Positions 9,721 to 18,869 of a stretch of 64,000 bases of DNA are shown in pieces (the stretch's first letter is position 1; each line of letters starts with the position of its first letter). The stretch is from Candidatus Daviesbacteria bacterium. GTDB taxonomy: Bacteria; Patescibacteriota; Microgenomatia; Daviesbacterales; UBA10151. The stretch covers positions 71,760 through 135,759 of the forward strand of contig JAQUSJ010000001.1 of NCBI GenBank assembly GCA_028715175.1. Direction: 5' to 3'. Under the pieces are notes generated by a model, which had not been told where the DNA came from, did no database searches, and saw nothing but the letters and a program-made list of their open reading frames with translations. The position numbers and the translations under genes were made by a program.

Positions 9721-9758
9721 ATGAATAAAGTATAGCATTGTGTTTTAAGAGATTCAAG

Positions 9759-10934
9759 TTAGGATAAGGATAAATTGGGGTTGGCTTGGAGTTTTAAGGG
9801 GTTAATGGGATGGAAGTTATAAAAGACAGCAGCGGCAATCATGGCTGCATTATCAGTGCAGAGCTCTGGTGGTGGTACAGAGAGTCTGATAGCTGAAGAC
9901 TGACATCTGATAGCTAATTCTGAGACCAGTTTCTGGTTAGCGGCTACACCGCCAGCGATCATTATTTGGTTGACTTTGTAAGTTTGAACGGCTTTGATAG
10001 TTTTGGCAACTAAAACATCAACAATAGCAGCTTCTATGGAAGCACAAAAATTAGCCAGCTCGGGGTCCTGCCGGCTCGATATCCCGTCGTACATCCTCAC
10101 TCGACTTCGCTCGCTGCGGCTACGCGCCGGGATGCCCTTCTTGCCGTCACCCCTCACCTCCTTTAGCAGATTTGCCACCGCTGTTTTTAAGCCGGAAAAG
10201 GAGAAATCAAAATCTTTGGAATCTATCATCGGTCTAGGGAGACTAAACCTCAAGGCGTCCCCTTGCGAGGCTAAATTGGCAATGGCCGGTCCTCCCGGGT
10301 ATGGCAGTCCCAGGAGTCTGGCGCATTTATCAAAACACTCTCCGGCTGCATCATCTCTGGTTCCGCCTAAATACTCATATTTGCCATGATCTTTAAATAA
10401 AATCAGATCTGTGTGCCCACCGGACACAAGCAGGCCAATGCAGGGGAATTGAGGGTAGCTTTCAGTCTTCAGTATCGCTTCGTCCGCCTTTGGCGTGGCT
10501 TCGCTGTCAGCTTTCAGACTTGTTTTGTCTGACGACTGACGACTGACGACTGACGACTGAGCACCCCAATTTGCATAAAAGTGTCCGAGCAGGTGATTTA
10601 CAGGAATAAGAGGTTTATTCCATAAAAAAGCTAGTGTTTTGGCAGTTTCTACGCCAATCAGAAGTGAGCCAATTAGTCCGGGTCCTTGTGTGATTGCAAT
10701 TGCATTTAACTTGTTACTTGTTACTTGTGCCTTATTCAAACCTTCCTCAATTACCGGTATAATGCTTCTTAATTGTTCTCTGGCAGCTTGCTCAGGTATC
10801 ACGCCTCCATATTTTGCCTGGATAGAAGCTGATGATGCCACAACATTGGATAAAATTTTTATCCGATTTCCGGTCTTTTGTACTACTGCAGCCGCAGTTT
10901 CATCACAGGAGGTTTCGATACCAAGAATTATCAT
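9759..10934 (-). CDS. tsaD: tRNA N6-adenosine threonylcarbamoyltransferase TsaD (Kae1/YgjD family), carrying several in-frame repeat-derived insertions
   Basis: 'MIILGIETSCDETAAAVV', 'GGVAAN' and 'CTDNAAMIA' motifs. At 391 aa it is about 50 aa longer than typical TsaD. The extra segments coincide with the repeats at 9886-9924, 10075-10165, 10480-10560 and 10708-10728. Confidence 0.85.
   Translation of the reverse strand: MIILGIETSCDETAAAVVQKTGNRIKILSNVVASSASIQAKYGGVIPEQAAREQLRSIIPVIEEGLNKAQVTSNKLNAIAITQGPGLIGSLLIGVETAKTLAFLWNKPLIPVNHLLGHFYANWGAQSSVVSRQSSDKTSLKADSEATPKADEAILKTESYPQFPCIGLLVSGGHTDLILFKDHGKYEYLGGTRDDAAGECFDKCARLLGLPYPGGPAIANLASQGDALRFSLPRPMIDSKDFDFSFSGLKTAVANLLKEVRGDGKKGIPARSRSERSRVRMYDGISSRQDPELANFCASIEAAIVDVLVAKTIKAVQTYKVNQIMIAGGVAANQKLVSELAIRCQSSAIRLSVPPPELCTDNAAMIAAAVFYNFHPINPLKLQANPNLSLS
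9886..9924. repeat. Repeat 'ctgatagctgaagactgacatctgatagctaat' (same family as 17474-17498 and 41398-41409)
   Basis: The 18-mer 'ctgatagctgaagactga' is shared with 17474-17491, and 'ctgatagctaat' with 41398-41409. It is translated in frame in tsaD as 'ELAIRCQSSAIRLS'. Confidence 0.7.
10530..10560. repeat. Tandem heptamer (TGACGAC)x4, in frame in tsaD
   Basis: Read directly. It encodes 'VVSRQSSDK' on the coding strand. Confidence 0.85.
10708..10728. repeat. Tandem heptamer (ACTTGTT)x3, in frame in tsaD (encodes 'KAQVTSNKLN')
   Basis: Read directly. It is the same unit as the arrays flanking the four-helix-bundle gene. Confidence 0.75.
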
Positions 10935-10971
10935 GGTGGTATTGTAACAAATTTAGAGGTAAAATTCGGGA

Positions 10972-11814
10972 GTGATTCCTAAACAAGAGTATAAATTTAT
11001 CAAAGACGCTTTGTGGGTTTCTTATACGGCTTTAAAGGATTTTTTAAAGTGTCCCAATGCCTATTATTTAAAAAATATCTATAAAGATCCGAAAACCGGT
11101 TTTAGGTTGCAAATCGCTTCACCATATTTGAGTCTAGGATCTGTGGTGCATGATAGCGCCAGGTGGCTGCTGGACTTGCAAGGTCAGGTTACCAAAGATC
11201 AGTTAGAGCAAAAGTTCAGGAATTTATGGCTGAAATATCGGGGCAAAAGAGGCGGATTTTCTTCAAAGAAGGAGGAAGGAGATTTTGGCAGGCGTGGTTT
11301 GGAAATGATAGGAAATTTTTATAAAAACTGGAAAGTTTTGGGAAAGGCCGCTCCTCAAGTTGCTTTTCCGAAATACCAGCTTACGGATAATGTGATTTTA
11401 ATTGGTAACTTTGATTTTGTGGAAGAGCGGCCTGATGGATCTTTGCATATTGTGGATTTTAAAACCGGAGCTACAGATGAAGATGACAGCTTACAGCTTT
11501 ACATTTATGCCATACTGGCTGAAGCAAATTTTGGGAAACCGGTTACCAGAGCTTCTTTTTGGTATTTGGATAGGGAAGATACACCAAGGGAGATTGTCTT
11601 GGATCCGCTAGAACCCAAACTGGATTGGTTAAAAGGAAAAGTTTTAGAGCTTAAAAAAGCTATTGAAAAGGGCAACTGGGTTTGTATTAAAAAGGAACTT
11701 TGTCGTGATTGCCGGGATTATCAAGCTATAATTAACGGTAAAGGTGAATTCCAATTCTCAGATTTTAGGTATAAAAAGGATATTTACTATCTACCTAAAA
11801 TCAACCACAGTTAA
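10972..11814 (+). CDS. PD-(D/E)XK nuclease, Cas4/RecB-like with Fe-S cysteine cluster (orphan, no CRISPR nearby)
   Basis: N-terminal Cys in 'FLKCPNAYYL'; 'IGNFDFVEE'; 'IVDFKTG' (D-x-K); 'LQLYIYAIL' (QhxxY); C-terminal 'CIKKELCRDCRDY' (C-x6-C-x2-C). Confidence 0.7.
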   Translation: MIPKQEYKFIKDALWVSYTALKDFLKCPNAYYLKNIYKDPKTGFRLQIASPYLSLGSVVHDSARWLLDLQGQVTKDQLEQKFRNLWLKYRGKRGGFSSKKEEGDFGRRGLEMIGNFYKNWKVLGKAAPQVAFPKYQLTDNVILIGNFDFVEERPDGSLHIVDFKTGATDEDDSLQLYIYAILAEANFGKPVTRASFWYLDREDTPREIVLDPLEPKLDWLKGKVLELKKAIEKGNWVCIKKELCRDCRDYQAIINGKGEFQFSDFRYKKDIYYLPKINHS

Positions 11815-11968
11815 TTTTATTTGAGGAATTAATGTCTGCAAATTTGCCTGAATAGCTTGAAATGACACTAAATTCTCTCTCGGAATTTCAAGAGCTATAA
11901 AATCTCATAAACCTATAACTTGACAAAACCTCTTGAAAAGCCTCAAGATATTATTTAGCCCATAAAAT

Positions 11969-12904
11969 ATGGCAGCAGCCGCGAACAAAGAAAGTATTTT
12001 TGAGTCAGAGCAGGGACTACCAGCAGATAATATAATAGGAATCGGGACAGCTCGTGCTCCTGGTTCGTGCGGTGACCTAGTTCTAAGCAAAAAAGACCGT
12101 TTTTCTATTCCTTGTTCCATAAATCGTTTTGTAGACGCAACAGTTACTCTTTATGAGGGGAACGGAGCGCATATTTATGGTCCACAAAATCGTCGTAGAG
12201 CATTAAGAGCAGTTCGTGAAACGCTATCTTATTCAAATAAAAGCGAGTTCAGCGCTCGGGTTCATATTGACAATGATATTCCAAGGGGTATGGCGAGTAG
12301 TGCAGCTAGTGTTGTAGCAGCTATTGGAGCAACAGTTAAAGCCTTAGGTAGAGAAGGGTTATCTCCAGCAGAAGTTGCCTTTCTTGCCTCTAAGGTTGGG
12401 GTAAAGGATGCTATTATGTTTCCGGAGCTCACTCGACTTAGATTTAATCGTGGAGAATTATCTTGTGAGGAGTTGGGACCACCTCCATCAATCGATGTTC
12501 TTGCTCTTGTTTTTTGGGGTAAGATAGGACGGAGGAATAATCGATCCCCTTCTAGAGATGCAATCGACAACGCCTTATACTTTATAAGGACAGGTGCTGT
12601 CAGAGACAAACCCTCATTGGTTGGTAGTGGTGCAACTATGAGCACAAAAGCTCAGCAATATTGTGATCCTGAAACAGTTAGACCAGTTTTTTCTTTTGCT
12701 GAGAGAATTGGGGCTATTGGTGTTACGGCACCCAAAGGATCTGTAATTGGTATTCTTCTAAGTAAAAATTCACTCCCGCCGACAGAGGCTTTAGTGAAGG
12801 CACGAGATGCTTTTCCTATAATTAAAGTGGGCTATTGTCTTAAGATAATTAAGGGTGGTGTGAGATTTAAAGAGGATGATTTAGGAGAGGATTCACCAGC
12901 TTGA
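11969..12904 (+). CDS. GHMP kinase family protein, compositionally atypical (GC-richer than its surroundings)
   Basis: 'IPRGMASSAASVVAAIGA' matches the GHMP kinase phosphate-binding loop (PxGxGLGSSAA). Subfamily not assignable by eye. Confidence 0.5.
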   Translation: MAAAANKESIFESEQGLPADNIIGIGTARAPGSCGDLVLSKKDRFSIPCSINRFVDATVTLYEGNGAHIYGPQNRRRALRAVRETLSYSNKSEFSARVHIDNDIPRGMASSAASVVAAIGATVKALGREGLSPAEVAFLASKVGVKDAIMFPELTRLRFNRGELSCEELGPPPSIDVLALVFWGKIGRRNNRSPSRDAIDNALYFIRTGAVRDKPSLVGSGATMSTKAQQYCDPETVRPVFSFAERIGAIGVTAPKGSVIGILLSKNSLPPTEALVKARDAFPIIKVGYCLKIIKGGVRFKEDDLGEDSPA

Positions 12905-12912
12905 TTTATATT

Positions 12913-12947
12913 GACAAAAAACTTGGTTTATTTTACTATTAAATTAC
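12913..12947 (+). promoter_or_regulatory. Sigma70-like promoter (TTGACA, 17 nt spacer, TACTAT/TATTAAAT)
   Basis: 'ttgacaaaaaacttggtttattttactattaaat' lies immediately after the GHMP-kinase stop. Confidence 0.35.
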
Positions 12948-12949
12948 AA

Positions 12950-13111
12950 TTTAATATTTAATCAAGAGCGATGGGGAGAGTTTTGGCTCAATGATCCATC
13001 CAGCAACCGATCCAAAAGACACGGTGCTAAACCCAAGCCCGTAAGGGAAGGATTAGTCCTGAGTGCAATTGAAGGAAAACACATTTAACCTCTCTTTACG
13101 GGAGGTTTTTT
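12950..13111 (+). ncRNA. Candidate small structured RNA or leader (about 160 nt), bounded by a promoter and a strong intrinsic terminator
   Basis: There is no ORF. The segment ends in the hairpin CCTCTC-TTTAC-GGGAGG followed by TTTTTT at 13089-13111. Its class was not recognised. Confidence 0.3.
13089..13111 (+). terminator. Intrinsic terminator (6-bp stem including one G-U pair, then T6)
   Basis: Read directly. Confidence 0.6.
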
Positions 13112-13159
13112 AATGGTTTGATTGTACTTACTATAAAGTAGAAGGGAGGTTGAGATTAC

Positions 13160-13432
13160 GTGTTAGTAGAATTTGAAAATTCAAGTATCAGACTGAAGAT
13201 TCCTGTAGGTACAGGAAAAGATTCTGAGCAACATATTATAGAAAGGGATAAGCCTTTTGATCCGGCAATATTTGGGCTCGCACATAGATGTCCGGGAGCT
13301 CTGTCAGCAGCAATAGATCAGTTAAGGCTTCGAGCTGAAATATTAAATAATGGAGACAGAAGATTTGTCAGTCACGTGGCTGATAATTTATATGCAGCCA
13401 TTGTGGCTATTAGAAACAGTGAAGAAATATAG
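13160..13432 (+). CDS. Hypothetical protein (90 aa)
   Basis: GTG start preceded by a strong SD 'AAGGGAGG' at -8. Convergent and abutting ahcY. Confidence 0.4.
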   Translation: MLVEFENSSIRLKIPVGTGKDSEQHIIERDKPFDPAIFGLAHRCPGALSAAIDQLRLRAEILNNGDRRFVSHVADNLYAAIVAIRNSEEI

Positions 13433-13433
13433 T

Positions 13434-14690
13434 TTAAGTTCCTTCAGTCCAGGAGGTTAGGTATTTTTTTTGTTCTTCTGTTAAAGAGTCAATTTTAATG
13501 CCTAATGATTCCAGTTTTAATTTGGCAATCATCTCATCCAGCTCTTTTGGCACAGTATAAACATCTGCCTTAAGTTTGCCGCGGTTTTGTACCAGGTACT
13601 CCGCTGCCAATGCTTGATTGGCAAAGGACATATCCATTACATCAGGCGGATGGCCTTCTGCCGAGGCTAAATTAATCAGTCTGCCTTCTGCAAGTACAAA
13701 AATCTTTTTATCTCCCTCCAAAGTAATTTCTTCCAAATTATCCCGGAGTATCCTTCTGTTTTTGGCCGCTTTGACTAAGCCTTCATAATCAAACTCCACA
13801 TTAAAGTGTCCGGTATTGGCTACAATGGCGCCGTCTTTCATTTTTTTAAAATGTTCCACCGAGAGGACTGTTTTATTACCGGTGGCCGTACAAATAATGT
13901 CCGCAATTTTGATGGCTTGATCCATCGGCATTACCTCATACCCATCCATGGTAGCCTCCAGTGCCTTGAGCGGATCAACTTCTGTGATTATTACCAGCGA
14001 CCCCATGCCTCTGGCCCGTTGCGCCAAACCTCTGCCGCACCAGCCGTAACCGCAAACCACAAAGCGTTTTCCGGCCAAAAGCACATTGGTGGCCCGGATC
14101 ACTCCATCAATAGTTGACTGGCCTGTGCCATAACGGTTATCAAACATGTGTTTGGTGCTAGAGTCGTTTACCGCCATCACCGGTATTTTTAGCGTGCCGT
14201 CTTTCAGCATGGCCCGGAGTCTAATGACCCCTGTGGTTGTTTCCTCAGATGAGCCGATGACATCTTTAAGCTGGGATTTTCTTTCTGTGTGGAGCAAAGT
14301 TACCAAATCCGCTCCGTCATCCATGGTAATTTGCGGATTAAAGTCCAAAACAACGTTTAGATGTTTATAATAGGTATCTTTATCCTCGCCTTTTATGGCA
14401 AAAGTAGGGATTTGGTAATCTTCTACCAAAGATGCAGCCACCTCATCCTGGGTAGACAGGGGATTTGAGGCACAAAGAGCCAAATTCGCTCCACCCATCT
14501 TTAAAGCAATCATTAAATTGGCGGTTTCTGAGGTGACATGCAGACAAGCTCCCAAAGTAATACCTTTAAGCGGTTTTTCCTTGGCAAACCTGTCTTTGAT
14601 CAAATTTAAGACTTTCATTTGGGATCTGGCCCATTCAATTTTCAGTTTGCCTTTGGCAGCCAAATTTTTATCTTTAATATCAGACTTCAT
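13434..14690 (-). CDS. ahcY: Adenosylhomocysteinase
   Basis: Conserved N-terminus '[19 protein letters not shown]' and an NAD-binding '[11 protein letters not shown]'-type region. Confidence 0.9.
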   Translation of the reverse strand: MKSDIKDKNLAAKGKLKIEWARSQMKVLNLIKDRFAKEKPLKGITLGACLHVTSETANLMIALKMGGANLALCASNPLSTQDEVAASLVEDYQIPTFAIKGEDKDTYYKHLNVVLDFNPQITMDDGADLVTLLHTERKSQLKDVIGSSEETTTGVIRLRAMLKDGTLKIPVMAVNDSSTKHMFDNRYGTGQSTIDGVIRATNVLLAGKRFVVCGYGWCGRGLAQRARGMGSLVIITEVDPLKALEATMDGYEVMPMDQAIKIADIICTATGNKTVLSVEHFKKMKDGAIVANTGHFNVEFDYEGLVKAAKNRRILRDNLEEITLEGDKKIFVLAEGRLINLASAEGHPPDVMDMSFANQALAAEYLVQNRGKLKADVYTVPKELDEMIAKLKLESLGIKIDSLTEEQKKYLTSWTEGT

Positions 14691-15618
14691 ATTTCAATTC
14701 TTCTCCAAAATTCTCCTGATATCTTTTTTTAAACTCTTCCAGTGTAAATGTATGTGTAGTTGTACCATATTTTTCTACTGTGTAACAAGCGGCAACTGCT
14801 CCCATTTGTCCGCAAATTTGTAGATCCAAGTTTTTTAAATAGCCTGCCAAAAATCCGGCCCGGTAGGCGTCACCTGCGCCTGTGGGATCAACAGTTGTTT
14901 TGGGTTTTGCAGCTGGGATGGAATAAGTTTTTTGACTAGTTTGTACTATTGACCCTTTTTCTCCTAAAGTAGTGATTAAAATTTTAACTTGTGTCAGCAA
15001 TTGTTGTTCATCCAGTGAGACTTTTTCTTTTAATAGGCTGATTTCGTAATCATTCCCAATCAAGATAGTTGCGTTAGCTATCATCATTTTTAGGTCTTCC
15101 GGGTTCAGCGCCGGAAGTTGCATTCCCGGGTCCAGCATATAGTCAATACCTAAGTTTTGGCATTCTTTGGCAAACTTCACCATCGCTTTCGGGTTATTTG
15201 GTGAAATCACCACCAGATCAGTTTTGGTGTTGTTTAGAGAAAGTGTCTCGGCATCATTCATAGCTCCGGGATAAAAGGCGGTGATTTGGTTATCAGCAAT
15301 ATCAGTCATAATAAATGCGGAAGAGGTGGGTTCGTTTTCGACTATCTTGATTTTTGATACATCAATACTTGCTCGTTCTAAAAATTCAGAATACTCTGCA
15401 AAATCTGAACCTGCTGATCCAACTATGGAAACCGGACATCCTAACAAAGCTAGGTTATAGGCAATGTTTCCGGCAGTGCCGCCTTTTTGTTTTTTTAAAG
15501 TGGTGACTAAAAAAGATAAATTGATCTGGTGAATTTTATCCGGCATGATATGGTCGGAAAATCTGCCTGGATAATCCATAATATGATCAAAAGCCAAAGA
15601 ACCGGTAACTGTTATCAT
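14680..15618 (-). CDS. PfkB-family carbohydrate/nucleoside kinase (adenosine kinase-like)
   Basis: '[17 protein letters not shown]' is the PfkB signature. Its position next to ahcY suggests adenosine salvage. Confidence 0.7.
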   Translation of the reverse strand: MITVTGSLAFDHIMDYPGRFSDHIMPDKIHQINLSFLVTTLKKQKGGTAGNIAYNLALLGCPVSIVGSAGSDFAEYSEFLERASIDVSKIKIVENEPTSSAFIMTDIADNQITAFYPGAMNDAETLSLNNTKTDLVVISPNNPKAMVKFAKECQNLGIDYMLDPGMQLPALNPEDLKMMIANATILIGNDYEISLLKEKVSLDEQQLLTQVKILITTLGEKGSIVQTSQKTYSIPAAKPKTTVDPTGAGDAYRAGFLAGYLKNLDLQICGQMGAVAACYTVEKYGTTTHTFTLEEFKKRYQENFGEELKYEV

Positions 15619-17382
15619 TTAATCTTTTGTCCCTATTAAGTATACAGCTTGCCAGGGTTTGAAGGAAGATTTCCAGGTTTCGCTGATTAAAGTTTGCCCA
15701 TTTCTGACCACGGTTCTTTTAAAAGATACATTGGCTCCCCAGGCCGACCAGTCTACTTGTTTGACAGTGCCTCGGGGTAATGTCGGATCATCCTGCCGAA
15801 GCTCCGGAGGTGGTGGGGTTTGGTTGGTTACAACTGGGGTGGAGATGCTTACAATTCTGCCATCTGGGGTTCCGTACAAATCAATATACAAAGTTAAACC
15901 CGAAGTATATGCCTGTATTAAAACATGGGCCGGAGTATCATTTTTAAATTGAAAATCAACAGACGGGTAAAAAACCGTGGCATCCAGGCCCGGAGGGAAA
16001 CCCTGCTCATAGTATCCCACCCTGTATGCATGGGCAGTTCTTTTAACTACCGGCAGTCCGGCATTTAAAACAGCCCTAAAAAGGGTGGTTGAATCCTGAC
16101 AAACTCCGCCTCCATCGTCTAAAACAGTCCTGCCTTCTTTAATTACATAGGCCTGTTTAAACCCGGTGGCAGCAGTAATATCTCCGACAGTGGCGTTAAA
16201 AGAAAAAGTTTCTCCGGGAGGAACCAGCACCCCATTTAATTTTGAGGCGGTTAAGTTAATGTTATAAATTCTATTCTGGATAGAACCGGCAAAGCGGGAA
16301 ATGCCCTCTCCCAAGAGCTCTTTGATACCTAAACTATTCACATCCTGGGTTTGGATTTTGGGTTTGATAGTGTCAACCGGCAATTGAATGGTTTTTGGTT
16401 CGTTTCCTGTCGGATTACTTAAAGCATCAGTTATCATCTGGTATGTTTTTTCTTGATCAAGCTTTTGACCTTGCCGGGACGGACGGAAAGCCACCACCCT
16501 TTTTGTATTTGGATTAAATTCAAACAAGCCTTCCTGGACTTGTTGGTCAATGTCCCGGGCAATTGTATCAAGGTAAAGGGAAGCTTTGTCCTTATCCAAA
16601 AGCAAATCACCTGTTTGAAGGTCCAATAAAGTTAAAAGCTGTTTGGTATCTAATATCCAGACGTTGCTATTAAAAACTAATTTGATAGGTTCTTTCATGG
16701 TAGCTTCCAAAATTTCTTTGGCGCGAATTACATGACCTGTGGTAATTTTTGGGGGGACAACCTGAATAGGCAATTGAGGTTCATATTTTCCGTTTAATAG
16801 AAAATTCTGTACTTCTTGCAGGATTTTACCTTTGTCCAGTTCCATGCCATTTCCAGATTCTTTGATTTGAATGCGAGCAGAAGGGCTTCCTTCCGGATTT
16901 AATATCTCATCAAAGACGAGCTCTGCGTTTTGGGGTTTTTGATAAACGGCGTTGGCGATATTATCCAGCTGTTTATCTAAAGATAAGGTAATTTTGGGGA
17001 ACATCTTTGACGAAGTAAAAAAAATCAATGAATTTTTGTGACTGTTTTTGAAATTTTCATCCAGTACGGAATAGTCTATACTGGCAGATGCGGTTGCAAG
17101 ATCGACAGTAAACGAACCCCGGGCGAAAGAAAATTGCAGCTTTTGGTTAGTTCTTTTCTGGAAAACGGACTGCACTTTTCTGATAGCCTGGCCTTTTGTT
17201 AACAGGGAAATATTAGTATCTCCAACGAAAGTCAACGGAAAAAATTTATCTGCCAAACTAACCTGGTAGGCTACAAGGATTAAGAACAATAGGATAATGG
17301 AAAGAAAAACAGGCAATAGATTTGTCTTTATAAGACGGAATTTTGCAAAACAGAAGTGAGAATTTTTTTTAGGCTTGCCCAC
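15619..17382 (-). CDS. VanW family protein (membrane-anchored)
   Basis: 'DDGGGVCQDSTTLFRAVLNAGLPVVKRTAHAY' VanW domain. N-terminal TM. Confidence 0.65.
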   Translation of the reverse strand: MGKPKKNSHFCFAKFRLIKTNLLPVFLSIILLFLILVAYQVSLADKFFPLTFVGDTNISLLTKGQAIRKVQSVFQKRTNQKLQFSFARGSFTVDLATASASIDYSVLDENFKNSHKNSLIFFTSSKMFPKITLSLDKQLDNIANAVYQKPQNAELVFDEILNPEGSPSARIQIKESGNGMELDKGKILQEVQNFLLNGKYEPQLPIQVVPPKITTGHVIRAKEILEATMKEPIKLVFNSNVWILDTKQLLTLLDLQTGDLLLDKDKASLYLDTIARDIDQQVQEGLFEFNPNTKRVVAFRPSRQGQKLDQEKTYQMITDALSNPTGNEPKTIQLPVDTIKPKIQTQDVNSLGIKELLGEGISRFAGSIQNRIYNINLTASKLNGVLVPPGETFSFNATVGDITAATGFKQAYVIKEGRTVLDDGGGVCQDSTTLFRAVLNAGLPVVKRTAHAYRVGYYEQGFPPGLDATVFYPSVDFQFKNDTPAHVLIQAYTSGLTLYIDLYGTPDGRIVSISTPVVTNQTPPPPELRQDDPTLPRGTVKQVDWSAWGANVSFKRTVVRNGQTLISETWKSSFKPWQAVYLIGTKD

Positions 17383-17420
17383 CCCGCTATTGTATCGTTT
17401 TAGGGTATAATTGAAAAGGA

Positions 17421-17498
17421 GCTGTCAGCTCTCAGTCGTCAGTCGTCAGACTTGTAATTTTCTTAGTCTGAAGGCTGATAGCTGAAGACTGATGACTA
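17421..17498. repeat. Palindromic element built from heptamer units: 'tcagtcgtcagtcgtcagac', a 14-nt spacer, then 'gtctgaaggctgatagctgaagactga'
   Basis: Read directly. It sits between a -10/SD-like 'gggtataattgaaaaggag' and the ATG at 17502. Confidence 0.7.
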
Positions 17499-17501
17499 CT
17501 A

Positions 17502-18812
17502 ATGAAGCGAATTATAATTATTGTCTTAAGTTTAAGTATAGTTTTAGGGTTTTTATTTTGGAAATTCGGGCCGAGCATCACACTTTTTAACAAACCCAAA
17601 ACCCAAGGTCCAATTACACTTACCTTTTGGGGGCTTTGGGAAGACGAGAGTCTGATTAAACCGTTGATTGCCGAATATCAAAAACAACACCCGAATGTTT
17701 CTGTCCGCTACGAACGGGAATCATCGATAAATTATAGAACCAGGGTCCAGACGCAAATCAGGGAAGGCGTCGGACCGGACGTTTTTATGATCCACAACTC
17801 CTGGCTGCCGATGTTTGAGAGCGATCTAGCTCCGGTTCCCGCAGATCTGCTGACCTTTGCGGATTATAAAAACATGTTTTATCCGGTTAATGCTGATAGT
17901 TTTGTGAAGAATAATCAAATTTATGGCGCGCCTATGGGAATAGACGGATTGGCTCTTTTTTATAATGAAGATATATTAAACGGAGTGGGAGGTAAGCCTC
18001 CAAAAAACTGGCAGGAATTTATAGATTCCGCAACCAAAATGACGGTGAAGGATGCAAGCGGTATACAAACTGCCGGTGCAGCCATAGGGACAGCAGGTAA
18101 TGTTGATCATTGGTCTGATATTTTGGGGCTTTTACTTATGCAGCAACCAGCTGTTGATTTAAACAACCTGGTAACGCCTCAGGCGACAGAAGTATTGCGG
18201 TTTTACACCAGTTTTGTAACCGATCCGAGAAGAAAGACATGGGATGTGAATTTGCCGAGATCCACGGATATGTTTGCCCAAGGCAGGTTAGGTTTTTACT
18301 TTGCGCCTTCCTGGAGGGCGCATGAGTTAAGAGTAGCAAATCCAAACTTAAAATTTAAAGTTGCCCCTGTACCGCAGCTGTCCGGAAAAGTTGTATCCTG
18401 GGCTACATTTTGGGGCGTTGTAGTATCTGCCAAATCCAAAAACACATCCGAGGCTTGGAAATTTGTTAAGTATTTAACTTCTGCGGAAGCTGAAAAGTTG
18501 GCTTACCAGGAAGCTGCAAAGGTAAGATTATTTGGTGAGCCGTATTCGCAAGTGAGTTTGTCGGCAGAATTGTCTCAAGATCCGATAGTTGGAGCTTTTG
18601 TTTCTCAAGGTCCAAGTTATAAATTCTGGTATCTTGCTTCAAACACCTTTGACAATGGGATTAATGATGAGATGATTAAATACTTTGAAGATGGAATCAA
18701 TGCTACTTTGGCAGGGATTAATCCTCAGACAGCTTTACAAACAGTCGATAAGGGCGTAAAGCAAGTATTGGATAAATATACAAAACCGCCACCTGCTCCG
18801 AGCGGAAGATAA
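17502..18812 (+). CDS. ABC transporter extracellular solute-binding protein (family 1, sugar-type)
   Basis: Signal/TM N-terminus and SBP_bac_1-like sequence. There are no adjacent permease genes. Confidence 0.65.
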   Translation: MKRIIIIVLSLSIVLGFLFWKFGPSITLFNKPKTQGPITLTFWGLWEDESLIKPLIAEYQKQHPNVSVRYERESSINYRTRVQTQIREGVGPDVFMIHNSWLPMFESDLAPVPADLLTFADYKNMFYPVNADSFVKNNQIYGAPMGIDGLALFYNEDILNGVGGKPPKNWQEFIDSATKMTVKDASGIQTAGAAIGTAGNVDHWSDILGLLLMQQPAVDLNNLVTPQATEVLRFYTSFVTDPRRKTWDVNLPRSTDMFAQGRLGFYFAPSWRAHELRVANPNLKFKVAPVPQLSGKVVSWATFWGVVVSAKSKNTSEAWKFVKYLTSAEAEKLAYQEAAKVRLFGEPYSQVSLSAELSQDPIVGAFVSQGPSYKFWYLASNTFDNGINDEMIKYFEDGINATLAGINPQTALQTVDKGVKQVLDKYTKPPPAPSGR

Positions 18813-18869
18813 TGATAAAACTTGTAGTTGCCTCAGATGAAGAAGGCTTAAATGAAGCTCATAAATTAG

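Noticed and set aside
10972-11814. CRISPR-Cas locus implied by the Cas4-like nuclease
   Set aside because: There are no direct-repeat/spacer arrays and no other cas genes in the 64 kb. It is treated as an orphan nuclease.
12950-13111. Fluoride (crcB) riboswitch
   Set aside because: There is only a loose GCGAUGG / AUGAUCC resemblance. The downstream gene is a 90-aa unknown protein, not an ion channel or transporter, and no pseudoknot-compatible pairing was evident.
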